Source of the DNA: Squalus acanthias
Taxonomy: Eukaryota
Assembly: GCA_030390025.1 (NCBI GenBank)
Contig: CM059431.1
Location: 129,830,001 to 129,894,000, forward strand
Length of the DNA stretch: 64,000 bases
Direction: 5' to 3'
Shown here: in pieces, positions 11,873 through 23,711 of the stretch
Layout of the letters: every line of letters starts with the position of its first letter
Position numbering within the stretch: position 1 is the stretch's first letter
The notes under the pieces: generated by a model
The model's database searches: none
What the model was told of the DNA's origin: nothing
Seen by the model: the letters and a program-made list of their open reading frames with translations, nothing else
Made by a program: the position numbers and the translations under genes

Positions 11873-11910
11873 TCACCCGACGAAGGAGTAGTAACTCCGA
11901 AAGCTTGTGA
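11873..11910 (+). ncRNA. Minimal type I hammerhead ribozyme motif in the PLE 3' repeat (core variant CCGACGA)
   Basis: tcac-CCGACGA-a-ggag-tagtaa-ctcc-GAAA-gctt-gtga. Stem I TCAC/GTGA, stem II GGAG/CTCC, palindromic stem III AGCT. Confidence 0.7.
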
Positions 11911-12179
11911 TTACAAATAAAACTGTTGGACTATAACCTGGTGTTGTGCGACCTCTCATACTTTAAGGAACCAGGCAAGGTTAAGTTACCTAACGGTACC
12001 ATGTACCAGGTAGATGGCTCAAGATTGTATGCCACAAAATGTTGCATGTCAACCTGTTCTACATTTACTACCAAGCCTTCTTACCCTAAAAGCTGAAAAC
12101 ATTGTCACACTAACATCTTCCAGGGGTTTCACACACCAAACCATTGCAACACAAACTTGGTATTTACTGACACCCAGAA

Positions 12180-12660
12180 TGGGCAGCCAGTGCATCTCCA
12201 GCAATGGCTTCTCTTCCTACCTTCACACCATCAACACTTTGACTAATTTAGTCCAAGAGTCCCCCAGGATCTACCCTTGGCGACATAATTTGCAGGCATA
12301 AGGCAAGCTTCCATACGTATAGTTCTGACACTTGCTTCTACCATTCCACCACTTCCAGTGATCCAATGACAACCGCCATGCGGTCAGATTACCTGTCTGA
12401 TATCAAGTCATGGTTATGTCAAAACTTACTCCAGTTGAACATTGAGAAAACTGAAACCATTGTTTTTGGTCCTCACAATGAACTGCACTCCCTCACCACC
12501 AATACTATTCTCCTCTCCAGCCACTTGGTCAGGCTTAACCAGACCATGTGGAACCCCATAGTCCTGTTGGACCCAGAGCTGAGCTTCAAAGCCTATATCT
12601 TGTTTCATTCTCTAATGCCCTCCTTGCTGGTCTCCCATCCTCTGCCATCCATAAATTCCA
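12180..12660 (+). mobile_element. Old L2 LINE fragment
   Basis: LSDIKSWLCQNLLQLNIEKTETIVFGP. Confidence 0.75.
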
Positions 12661-13039
12661 ATATGTCCACTTTAGTGACACACCATTTGTTTGAGATTTT
12701 TGATTTCCCTTAAAGGAGAATGAAATATGCAGCTGAGCACAACATAAGAGCTTTTAAACTGCTGAGCTTTGCTAAACAGATACTCTGCCAGAATTTAGCT
12801 GTTCCATCCTTGAATTCCCCAGCTCAACAGGTGAGCAAATTTGTACTCGGCCATTTTAATGCCCACCTGCAGAAAATTCCCACATCTCTGAAAGCTGATT
12901 AACAATTTTTAACAAGCAACTGTGGATTTTTCTCACACACACAAAAAATCACTCCCAGGTTTAGTTTATCTCCCCAGTTTTAATACTTTCTCTGTTATTG
13001 CTGGCATTAAACAACAGCAGAAAACATCCCTAGCTTATA

Positions 13040-13800
13040 TATTTAAAAATCAGAGTACGAACATTTGTCCAGTTTTTGCTGTACTGATAATGGCACGGCT
13101 GTCAGCACTCACCGTTATTACTGGGTAAAACTGACAGCAACTTCTGGGGTCTGCACGTGCTCGGTTAAACGCGGAAATCTGGAAGTTGCTGTCAGAAATA
13201 CCCTGCTCCTTCACAGGGTGCGCTGTTGCAGTCTTTGCCGATGGAATCTGCACAGAAATCACTGTTAAGACGTGAACTTAAATGAATTACCCACTATTTT
13301 CGCACAAAAAGCCGATGAAATACTTAAACCTTGTTCAGTCAGGAGTAACTGAGTTTTTAATGGTGTAGTAAGTCATAATTACTGCTGAACAACTTCTCTG
13401 GCCCTGAAAAATTAATTTTATAAGTGTGGAGTATCATTCCCTCAGAAGAAAATTAATGTTGCAGATTTACATTTTTTTAAGTTTCTGTGTTTTTCTATTT
13501 AAGTTTCTCCCTTAATCCCATGTGTATGTCCCAATCTTCATTTTGCTTTCTGTACAATGATTTAAATGTGATTTATATTTCCTGTTTTTTACTTCCTGCT
13601 TTGCTGTCCGTGAGGATTCTTCAATCTGATTGGTTGATCAGCCTGCCTTTTGTCCTGTTCGCAAGACATCACAGATCCCCTGTAGAGTGTGCTGAATTCA
13701 AACTGATGTCGGAGAAGGAGCCTGCACTCAGGAGTTCGCTAAAACTTTGTGGGCAGCTTTTTTCGAGGTGAATGATGCCACTGATCACAAAATCCGGGCC
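13040..13800. mobile_element. Old Harbinger-like non-autonomous element
   Basis: Right terminus cacaaaatccgggcc matches the terminus type at 3787. Left end degenerate. Confidence 0.5.
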
Positions 13801-14279
13801 GTAGTGTCCCTAGTTTGTGCGATGAGTGCACAGCAAGATAAAATTAAATCTGAATACAGGAGAAATGCAGTTTATTAAAAACATTTAACATCAAAAGTCT
13901 GATAATCATAGGGCAGCATTTTCAAATTAACGTGAAGAGTTTGTAGTTTCCTTTATGATTTTTTTAATGATTCTGTTCTACGTTTGTAGTTTACTTCAGT
14001 ACTCCTGATTATTTCACTTTTGAATGTTCAGTGAATATAAATGTATCTCTGTTTCTGGTATGTCTATTGCGTATGCAATGCCTTTTTATGAATTTCAATC
14101 ACATTTTCAAGAAAAAAGTTAAATTATTCGAACAAAGCGATGTTCACAAATGGAGCCGATGTACTTTTGTTGCAAGTTTCAACGTGGCCAAACTATTTAG
14201 TGTACCCCCCTCTTATCTAACGCTAATGGTTATACTGTATTCTTGTTTTAAAGTGCATTTGTATTTCATATTGCTAAGT

Positions 14280-14814
14280 ATTGAACGAGCACTCTGCTTG
14301 CATAACCTGGAGCTCCTGCTGCAGCCAGTGGGTGGCTCTGATGTGATGTGGTTTGCTGGTGGAAGTAGCGCGCTCGCTCGCGAGACACGGGCACGCCGAT
14401 GTGGAATTGTGTCCCGGAGCGCGAGTGCTGTCCGGGTGGAACTCCAGGCTCTGCTCAGCCCAGCCTAGCCAGGGGCACTTCAGCCTGAGGTGTGCGAGCC
14501 TGCACACGCTTGCTGCTCCTCCTGCTTTTGTGTTTGACCCCACGCTGTCCATTTTAAGTTCTTTTTTCCTCAACACACTCGCTTCCAGTCGGCTTTGTGA
14601 TATTTTAACTGTGTTAAAATTAAAAGCAGCAGCCGGGAAAGAGGAGCGTTTCGGTGGGAAACTTTGCTGGCTATGCCACTTGAAGCTGCCTCGGGTTTAC
14701 CTTTTGGCTGCTTTAGTTTTGAGGAGGGAAGTCAAGTCCGGAGAAAATTTGGTGGCCAAAAGTTTGGCGAAGTTTTAAGTTCGGTTTGATTTTATTGGCG
14801 TTGCTTTGGCGAAG
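14280..14814 (+). promoter_or_regulatory. CpG-enriched putative promoter / 5' UTR of GPC5
   Basis: Non-repeat, locally GC/CpG-rich stretch (gcgcgctcgctcgcgagacacgggcacgccg) directly upstream of the ATG. TSS not determinable. Confidence 0.6.
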
Positions 14815-14977
14815 ATGGGGTTGAAGATGAAGCGCGCATCTTGTGCGAGTGGGGCTGTGTTGCTTTTCCTGGTGGGGGTGAGTTTGCAGTCTGAGCCCAA
14901 CTGTGAGGAGGTGAAGAAAGTTTTCCAGCTGCGTCAAATCGGAGCCTCCAAGTGGCTTCCAGAGACCCCCAGACCAG
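14815..14977 (+). CDS. GPC5: Glypican-5-type gene, coding exon 1 (signal peptide + start of Cys-rich domain)
   Basis: ATG in strong Kozak context (aagATGg) at 14815. Translates MGLKMKRASCASGAVLLFLVGVSLQSEPNCEEVKKVFQLRQIGASKWLPETPRPG, resembling the GPC5 N-terminus (hydrophobic signal, CEEV-K-F motif). Ends at donor CAG|GTGAG after 163 nt (phase 1), in frame with exon 2. Confidence 0.92.
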
Positions 14978-15625
14978 GTGAGCACCAACGTTACTCTACA
15001 TTCCATAAAATCCGCGCACTATCCAAACTGTCTGCAAATGCGTATACATTTTAGGCACTGTCTCTAGGTTAAAGGTAATATCCATAATTTATGTACACTG
15101 CATAATTTTATAAGCACCGTCCCTATAACAATGCTACACGTTATAGGTACTCCCCGTGTCGTATCCATACATTACACTGAGTGCATAATATAGACACTGC
15201 CCAATTAGTAGTGAAGAAACATTTAAAACTCCTACACTAAGACCTTCTGGCAAAACAAATCCGAAAGGCAAGGAATCCTGTGATGGGGATCGCCTCATGC
15301 CAGGACAGTGGCTTTTTTTTTGTGAGGTGGGGGTTAAAATATAGGAGGTGATTTCCTCCCCGCTTCTCCTGCTGTGCTGCCGTAAATTTGACGGAAACCC
15401 CTTTTACGTGCGTAAGCAGCGTTTCTGCCAAAGTTACATCAGTGCAGTGGGAGCAAGTGGGCTTCATTACTATTTCCATTGATTTGCATATAAAAAATTA
15501 ATTTCATTTAATCAGGAAACCATACTAAAGGAATCAATTGATAAGTAGTTCCAAGGTATTGACTGTAGAGGCAGCCATAGGAATTTCACTTTCCTTTTAT
15601 ATGATTTTGCACTGCAGTGGCATCG

Positions 15626-16840
15626 TTCCATTGATGTGTACATGAACTTTCAAAAGGCGTTTGATAAAGTACCACTTAATAGACTTGTTAGTAAAATTGA
15701 AGGCCATAGGATTAAAGAGGCAGTTGGCTATGTGAATACAAAATTAGCCAAGGGACAGAAAGCAGAGTAGTGGTGAATGGCTGTTTTTCCAGATTGGAGT
15801 GAAATGTGCAGTGGTGTCCCCGAGGGGTCAGTGTTGGAACCACTGCTCTTTTTGATATATATTAATGTCCTGGACCTGGGTATATAGGGCATAATTTCAA
15901 AGTTTGCAGATGACACGAAAATCAGAAATGTAGTAAACAGTGAGGAGGATAGTAACAGACTCCAGGAGGTCATAGACAGACAAGTGAAATGGTTGGACAC
16001 ATGGTAGATAAAATTTAACGCAGAGAAGTGTGAAGTGATTCATTTTGGTCGGAAGAATGAGGAGAGGCAATATGAACTAAATGGTACAATTTTAAAGATG
16101 GTGCAGGAGAAGTGAGACCGGGGGGTGTATGTACACAAGTCTTTGAAGGTGGCAGGACAAGTTGAAAAGGCTGTGTTTAAAAAAAAAAAGCGTATGGGAT
16201 CCTTGGCTTTATAAATAGAAATGAGAAGTCGCACAACACCAGGTTATAGTCCAACAGATTTATTTAAAATTACAAACTTTCGGAGCTGTCGCCCCTTCTT
16301 CAGGTAGGGTAGCTGTGAGAGAATCTCCCAGAATTCACAATATAAACACAGAAAAAATGGAAAAATAAAGGCATAAATAGAGGCATAGGGTACAAAAGGA
16401 CTGAAGTAATCCTTTATAAATTACTGGTTAGGCCCCAACTGGAGTATTGTGGCCAATTCTGGGCACCACTTTTTAGAATGGATGTCAAGGCTTTAGAGAG
16501 GGTGCAGAGGAGATTGACAAGAATGGTTCCAGGGATGAAAGACTTTAGTTGGAGAGACTGGAGACTCTGTGGTTGTTCTCCTTGGAACAGAGAAGGTTAA
16601 GGGGAGATTTGATAGAGGTGTTTAAAATCATGAAGGGTTTTGATAGAGTAAATAAGGAGAAACTATTTCCAGTAGCAGAAGGGTCGGTAAGCAAAGGGCA
16701 CAGATTTAAGGTAATTGGCAAAAGAACCAGAGGTGATAGGAATTAAAAAATAAATTGGATAGCTCTTTCAAAGAGCTGGCACCGGCATGATGGGCTGAAT
16801 GGCGGCCTCCTGTACTGTATCTTTCCATGATTCTATGACT
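15626..16840 (+). mobile_element. CR1 LINE 3' fragment with nested PLE mini-insertion
   Basis: gtggtgtccccgaggggtcagtg…aagtttgcagatgacacg (VP-GSV, KFADDT), LFSLEQRRLRGDLIEVFKIMKG, tail atgattctatga. Confidence 0.9.
16220..16372 (-). mobile_element. PLE 3'-end mini-insertion with degenerate hammerhead (16270-16307)
   Basis: tgagaagtcgcacaacaccaggttatagtccaacag matches 9636 onward. 9-bp TSD ataaataga (16211-16219, 16373-16381). Confidence 0.85.
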
Positions 16841-17814
16841 TCTGCAGATTGTAACTTGAAAATGTGTTTTGAAGTGTCTTGGGATGGGGGCAACGCTGGG
16901 AAGACAGTATTTGTTGTCCATCCATCTGTGGGCATTAAGAGTCAACTGTGTGGTGTGGGACTGTAATCACATGTAGGCCAGACTTGGGAGAGGAGGCAGG
17001 TTCCCTTTGAAGGACATGAATGACACTCTGGCAGCTTTCATGTTAATTTTTCAGTTTCTTCGCTCAACTTCTGCGTTGCTAGTCCAGTACCATAACTATT
17101 AGGCTTCTGTACCCTGCAATTGCCAGTCATACCATTAGTATTTTTAAACAGTGTACCAATACAGATTTATAGGTGCATTGGCAAACAACTCACTTCTGGC
17201 ACATTAGAGAAAAATATATAGACATCTTCCAATTATTTTGGTATATAAGAAACATACCACATAGTATATTACATATAAGTTCTTTACTATGAAAAGCAAA
17301 GAACTGTATGCATATTCCGCCTTGCATTGTTGACATCTTAGGTAATGGCATATCAGATGTTCAAATGCATAGAGACTTTGTGGAATATGACTAGGACAAA
17401 TTAACAAAATTATGACAGTGAACAGCCCAGGTGTGGGAGACGGTAATTTTGTGATATCTTGAAAATAACTTCATAAATGTCATTCGGATTTCTCAAAGCA
17501 ATTTTAAAAGGTAATGAAAATTAAAGCTGGTTTGAAAAATTATTCAATTCACTTGTGCACTCTATGCAAGTGCTGAATTGGAGGGAATTGCTGATCACTT
17601 GAAAAGATAGATTTACGTTTAGGGTGTTTGGAGAAATATCAACTACATTTTTTCCTGCTGTGAAGTTCCTTTTTTATTTCTGACTTTCAGCACTTGGAGA
17701 TTTTTTAAAATCTCATTTGTTCTGTCCACACTTCCATTGAGTTATTTTTGTAACAACAAAAAACAAATTGATATTTCCAGTCATAAAAGTACAAAATAAA
17801 AATGGTTTATGTAG

Positions 17815-18456
17815 GCAGCTAAGAAATTCAGTTTTAGCGCTCCAAGAGGGAAGTGGAGCGCTAAATCAAGCGCTAACCACTTCTCTTTGGGCGCTAAAGT
17901 CCGAGAGCGGGGCGGTAGCGGCAGAGCGCGAAACAATTTCGAGCGCATTGCAAACGACACTCTTTCATCACAGAGGCTGCTTCCCTTGCTTAAAGGGAAG
18001 GGCCAATGATGCTGCACAAGCTAGTTGTCGTCCGTTCTGTTTTACAGCCCCAAACACTCGCAAAGTGGAGGGCTTGGACATCTCGCACCAATGAAAAAGT
18101 AAAAAAATTTGCGCAGGCACCAGACTGGTGCAAATAATAAAGGTTGCGCTAGCTGAAAAGCATTCCTTTAATTACCGCACCTGAAGCGGCCAGCCAAGTT
18201 CACAATGCCTCCTCTTGCTGGCTTTGTCGGTGTGAGGCGATAAAGCAGGAGCGCGAATGAATTTTCCATCCGGGGCGATAACTGGCCGCTGCGCACTTTA
18301 TGACATCACGATTTGCAAGGCGCTAGAGGCCTAGGCGCTTAGAGTAAACTGACACTGAAGTTCGCGGGTGTCGTTGCATTCACTGCGCCCGGGCGCGAAC
18401 CCCTTAGCGCCCCATTAGCGCCCCCACCAGGCGCTAACATACCGAATTTCTAGCCC
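17815..18456. mobile_element. Harbinger MITE related to the element at 1-3029
   Basis: Right TIR accgaatttctagccc. About 17823-17875 is nearly identical to the reverse complement of about 2888-2938. Confidence 0.8.
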
Positions 18457-19757
18457 TTAGAGCTACAATATCAGCAAATTTTATAAACTGGCATTTCTCC
18501 TTGTGTAAACTGAAAAGACCTTCTCTTGAAATAACTGCTTTTAGGACTGGGGCTGTGTAAACTTTTCCCCATACATTGAAGCATCAGAGCAATTTGTAGA
18601 TATTCTTTATATTATAAAGTGAAAATATTCTTTGGTAGACATAGAATGATACAGAATTGGAAAATAAATTCCTAAAGACATACAGTAGTCACTAGCAGAT
18701 GTCTGGATTATATTTGGAGTAATAACCCCAGAAACAATTATAGTTTAATGTGTAGTTCAGCCAGAGGTTAGCCTAGAAATTATATGGAATAAGAACAGCA
18801 ACTCATTGTATTGTGGAGGGGAGGGAGTAGTCCAGCGATGTGGCCGAGAATTATGTTTTTACTAAACTTCTGTTTATAGCAGATAGAAAAAACTGCAGTA
18901 TACATTAGCTGACTTCTGGGTTTGTTCTTCATATACGTTGGCTATATGGGTCTGTAAAAAAGGATTATATTGCCTCTTATTTAGGATGATTTTTAAAAGT
19001 CCTGAAAGTTTGGAATCTGTATTTAATTGTTTCAAGTCATAGCAGCTCATGATTCCTGCTGTAGTCAAGAATTCCAGCAGTTTCTCAATGTAACATAAAA
19101 ATGATTGCCAGTTTTACCTTGCATTTTGTTTAGAAAGTTGAATGAAAGAATTGCTTTAGGTAAGTAAATCCTTGCCTTCTATATTTGCTTTGGTGTAACT
19201 TCAATGAAAATTACACATGAACACCGTAGTCATCCGTTAGTACAAATTTACCAATTGAATGTTGATTTTATTATTCCCCTGAAGATCAACATCTTGTATT
19301 CAGGGCACCATCTGTTCTGAGTAATGTAGATTGAGGAGCAAAATCAAAATATTAGCTGTAATAGTAAATATTCCCTGTGCCCACAATATAGCCATTTTAA
19401 AATCAAGACATACTTTGCCTTGGACTAAATTAGCAAACGTGCATCTTAATAAATTGAATTGTTTTGTCATGAATGACAAAGCAAAAGAAAGATAATCTAA
19501 CGTCTTGCATTAGTTTATGCAAAGTTATCTGATTAATACCGACAGAGTGCTGTGCTGTGGGGATTATTAAATGCATTTTATAGAGAGTAATGGATACCTG
19601 GGAGTGATTACAAGTAAACTAATTGTGATGTCATCCAAATGCCTCAAACGTAAAAGCAAGACTGAAACTGCTTATAACTGCCATATGAACTTAGATTATA
19701 TTACGTCTATGAAATCATTCCATGGGATCACTTTTTGTAACATATTTCACATTTATG

Positions 19758-22700
19758 GGGCTCGATTTTAATAGCCCTGAGGAGGCGGGTTTGGGGGTGG
19801 GACTGTTGGGGAAAATCGGGAAAAATGGCTTCAGACACCCAACCCAACCCGCCCCCACCTGATTTTCCTGAGTGTCTGTTTCGCCGTTTCCAAACTGACC
19901 CGTCTCCAACCGGTGGAACAAGTAGTTAAGGCAGTTAACAGCCTTGCTAATCCTATTTTCATAGTGGTTTCCCATTTTCATGCTTCTGGCTCCTGTTTCC
20001 CGACTTGTCAGAAACAGGCCAGGTTCAAAGAGACGAGTTGCTGGAACATGGCTGACATTCAAATGCAACAACTTTGCTTTGTAGATATGGGATAACATTT
20101 TGCACATCTACTGACCTTCTGACTGTTCAAGCTGACACCCATCTGCAGTGTGTCATGAATGGAATTATTTCAGGCCACTTCGACTGTGCGCTTGCAAGAT
20201 TGTTACCTCAAATGAAATCTATAGCAATGGGATGGGAAACATTTATGCCCTCTCATCCTGGTCCTCATAATCGGGGGAGTAACAGCTGCGTGGCTCACCA
20301 CATATCTTCCTGGGCAGAGCAGTAGGAGTAGGACGAGGGGAGCATTGCATGCCCTATTGTGACCAATGCAACATCCTTCCAGTTCACTGATGCCCGTCAA
20401 CCAGGGTATGCACACTGCCATGCCACACTACCATAAGCTTACTCTTCGACCATAGGTGGCCATCATATGGCTCTGTAATTGCAAGCGACACTTGTCCAAC
20501 GTCATACTTCTATACCCTCTTATTTCCTATCACTTTTACCGTCAGCATTACAAATGTAAGTCGCCCTGAGCCCTCAATGTGCTTTTGCCATTTCCCACAA
20601 CACATAGGCCACACAATCAACTGTTTGCCATAATTAATCTTTAACACATGACAAAATATACAAACAACAGTCATAAAAAAAGAAACACCACCCAAGTGAG
20701 TCCCCTTGTGACTATAGGTGCTTAATCTTTCTCTTGCGTGTGCTTCTACGTGGTGCTTCCCCTGTGGCTTCAGGCGATGCAGAGGCACCTTGCTGACTAG
20801 GATGCTGCGCCTGCTTAGACGCCTTTGGCGGGCGTCCTCTGGGTTTGGGAGCCTGGGAGGGCTCTTCAACAGTCTGCTCTTCCTGCGGCTGTGCAGGGGC
20901 TGAAACGGCCATCTCAGTTGTCTCTGCAAAGTGGGTCTCTGACCGAGGACTCCGTAGTGGCATAGTCGTGTGAGCGCTTTGAGAGGAGCCCACACTTCTT
21001 CTGTCCTGCCAACAACATCCCTCTCATGGGTCAGCCGCACCTCAGTGCTGACAAGTGGCAGGAGAGCACCTTGCTGCACTTCAGTGGGGCCATGAGGACC
21101 CGTATCTGCACTGGCAGTCCTCATAACAAGGACGTTCATGAAGCTCTGGTCTCTCTGCTCGACAGCTGCCCATCGCTCCTCCAGAGATGTCATTCTATTC
21201 TGAACAGTCACCATGTTTTCCTGACTCTGGTGACTTATTTCCTCCATGGTCGTAGCCATCCTTTCCACGGAGGTTGCCATCCTATCCATGGTGGTGCGTT
21301 CATGTGCCATTGCCTCCATCACAGCAGTGCTGATGTTAGAGATGGAATCCTCCATTCTCGCACTAACCCTGGAGGCAAATCCTTCCAGAGACACCTGCAC
21401 TTGTTTCTGTATTTCACGAACCGTTCTCTTTCTGGATGGCCCCAGAGGCACAGCGTCTGCATACAGCTCAGCAGAGCTAGGAGATTCCTGTGACCTCCGA
21501 GGAGGACTCTCCACTGCTGTCACTGTCTCCACCATCTGCTGATGCTCACTTGTGCGCTGTGATAGACCAGGTGGTAACATTACTCTAACTCACGATGGCC
21601 CCACTGAGGTGTGCGTTGCTGCGCTGGTGCTGGGTGCGCTGCTCCCTCAAAAGCTTCAGATTCCTCTGAGGAGATGTCCGGGTCTTCATCCTGGATCGTG
21701 GGGAGGGGGGACGCTCGATGGTCGTGTGGGAGAGTAAAGGCTTGAATTAGACATCTGATATTGATGTAGCAGACACATCCTTTTGAGCAGATGATACAAA
21801 GCGATTCTCTATGAACATATTGCATTGCTTTCTGAGAGGGATGAAAATCTATTTTATCACCAGCTTCCTCTAGTGTGCCCGTCTCTCCATCGCCCACTTC
21901 CAGGTCCTCGCCACCTCCAACAATCTCGTTTGCTGCCTCCTCAGCACTGGTCAGTGTTGCAAGGGTAGCTGTTCCCCCTCCAGTCATTGCTCTCTCCCTC
22001 TTATTGTGGGCTATCTTTTCTTGCAAGGAAGGACAGAAGCGGTGTTTCAGCCACAGTGATGGAGTGAGTGTGATTAATCCCTACCATAGAAGCTTTGAGT
22101 GAGACGAAGATGGGGTCAGGTGCCACGAGGAAGTTAACTCCCTGTGCGGCGTTAGTTGTTGTCACTGCATGACAGTGAGAGTGAGTCTAAAGGGTGCATA
22201 GGCAAGATGCTGAAGTGATTCAGTGCAGAGACAGAGATGGATAGGAAAGGGTGCAAGGGAAGTAAGGGTAAGGTGGGATGTGAAGGAGGAGGCTTACAAA
22301 GCAGAGTGAAGGCAAGTGAGATGGGATACTCAATTTTGATCTCACAAGATCATTAAACCTTTTGCGGCACTGGATCCATGAGCGTGCATAAATGCACCTT
22401 GCGCTCACCTCCTGAGCAATGCGCAGCCAGGCTGCCATGGTCTGCTGAGGAGGCTTCCTCCGGCCATCAGGAGGGAAGAGAATCTCCCTGCACCCTCTGA
22501 CAGCATCCACAAGAACTTGGAGGGACTCATCATTAAACCGAGGAGCTGCCTTGCCTCTGGAAGAAGTCATAGCTTTGAAAATAAGTCCAGGAAACCACAA
22601 TAGAAAGGCTCAGGCTGGATGGCAGCTTTAAAAGCAGCAGCTATGATGATGTCATCAGAGGCGGCCAGCTGACCTGATCCCACTCATTGGACCGGCCAGC

Positions 22701-22832
22701 GCGCCTCCATGAAATTAACAAGGTACTTTAATAAAAATCGCAACTCTGCAGCTGTTCCCGCCGGAAGCGGCTCCCGAACCCGCTCACCACGCAACCCAAC
22801 TCCAACCTGCCTTGGTAATTAAAATCGAGTCC
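19758..22832. mobile_element. Non-autonomous Harbinger (3075 bp) retaining the Myb gene but no recognisable transposase
   Basis: TIRs GGGCTCGATTTTAAT / ATTAAAATCGAGTCC. TSD atg at 19755-19757 and, beyond the RTE insertion, 23620-23622. Confidence 0.88.
20712..22570 (-). pseudogene. Harbinger Myb/SANT-like gene, 3 exons (22570-22334, 22020-21861, 21740-20712)
   Basis: MTSSRGKAAPRFNDESLQVLV…WLRIAQEVSARCIYARSWIQCRKRFNDL; EKIAHNKRERAMTGGG; basic C-terminus PKPRGRPPK…RRSTRKRKIKHL. Intron-1 splice sites appear mutated and exon 3 is frameshifted. Confidence 0.85.
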
Positions 22833-22834
22833 AT

Positions 22835-23618
22835 CCTTCTTCTTAGGCAGTACCTCGGAACCGAGGATGACTTGCTTCCACATTAAGAATGAGTTCTCAG
22901 GTGACTGATGAGTCCAATGCGGGACCTACAGTCTCTGTCACAGGTGGGGCAGATGGTGGTTGAAGGGGCGGGTGGGTGGGGTGCTTGGGTTGACGTGTGC
23001 TCTTTGTGCTGCTTGCGCTTGGCTTCTGCTTGCTCCCGGCAAAGAGACTCGCGGTTTTTGGCGCCTTCCCGGATGCTTCTCCTCCACTTTGTGCGGTCTT
23101 GGGCCAGGGATTCCCAGGTGTCGGTGGGGATGTTGCACTTTTTCAAGGAGGCTTTGAGGGTGTCCTTGAAGTGTTTCCTCTGCCCACCTGGGGCTCTCTT
23201 GCCGTGTCGGAGCTCCGAGTAGGGCGCTTGTTTTGGGAGTCTCATATCGGGCATGCGGACGATGTGACCCATCCATCGGAGCTGATCGAGCGTGGTCAAA
23301 GTTTCAATGCTGGGGATGTTGTCCTGAGTGAGAACACTGACGTTGGTGTGCCTGTCCTGCCAATGGATTTGCAGGATCTTGCGGAGGCAGCATTGGTGGT
23401 ACCTGTCCAGTGCTTTGAGGTGCCTGCTGTACATGGCCCATGTCTCTGAGGCATACAGGAGGGCGGGTATCACTACTGCTCTGTAGACCATGAGCTTGGT
23501 GCTGGGTTTGAGGTCCTGGTCTTCAAACACTCTCTTCCTCAGGCGACTGAAGGCTGCACTGGCACCCTGAAGGCGGTGTTGGACTTCGTCATCGACGTCT
23601 GCCCTTGTTGACAGTAGG
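22835..23618 (-). mobile_element. RTE (BovB-like) LINE 3' fragment
   Basis: STKLMVYRAVVIPALLYASETW, LRWMGHIVRMPD, C2H2 finger CPTCDRDCRSRIGLISHLRTH; tail …taagaagaagg. Confidence 0.9.
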
Positions 23619-23711
23619 CATGGTGTTTCATTCAATGTATCTCCTACTTTGTGATGCCAGTAGTCAGTAACTTATAGTGTGCTTTGTGTTGTTGATGCAT
23701 GATTTAATTAT

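Larger units (their letters stand above)
9596..11958 (+). mobile_element. Penelope-like retroelement (probably Neptune-type), 5'-truncated, with an inverted 3' copy in front
   Basis: RT + GIY-YIG ORF. 9636-10333 is the reverse complement of 11261-11958. Probable TSD ctttaaggacc (9585-9595) / ctttaaggaacc (11961-11972). Confidence 0.93.

Noticed and set aside
9636..11958. DNA transposon with long TIRs or DIRS element
   Set aside because: The inverted arms contain GIY-YIG coding sequence and the PLE 3' UTR; no transposase or tyrosine recombinase.
14031..14778. Overlapping 100-145 aa ORFs upstream of GPC5
   Set aside because: Mostly non-ATG starts, no recognisable domain; expected in a GC-rich promoter/UTR.
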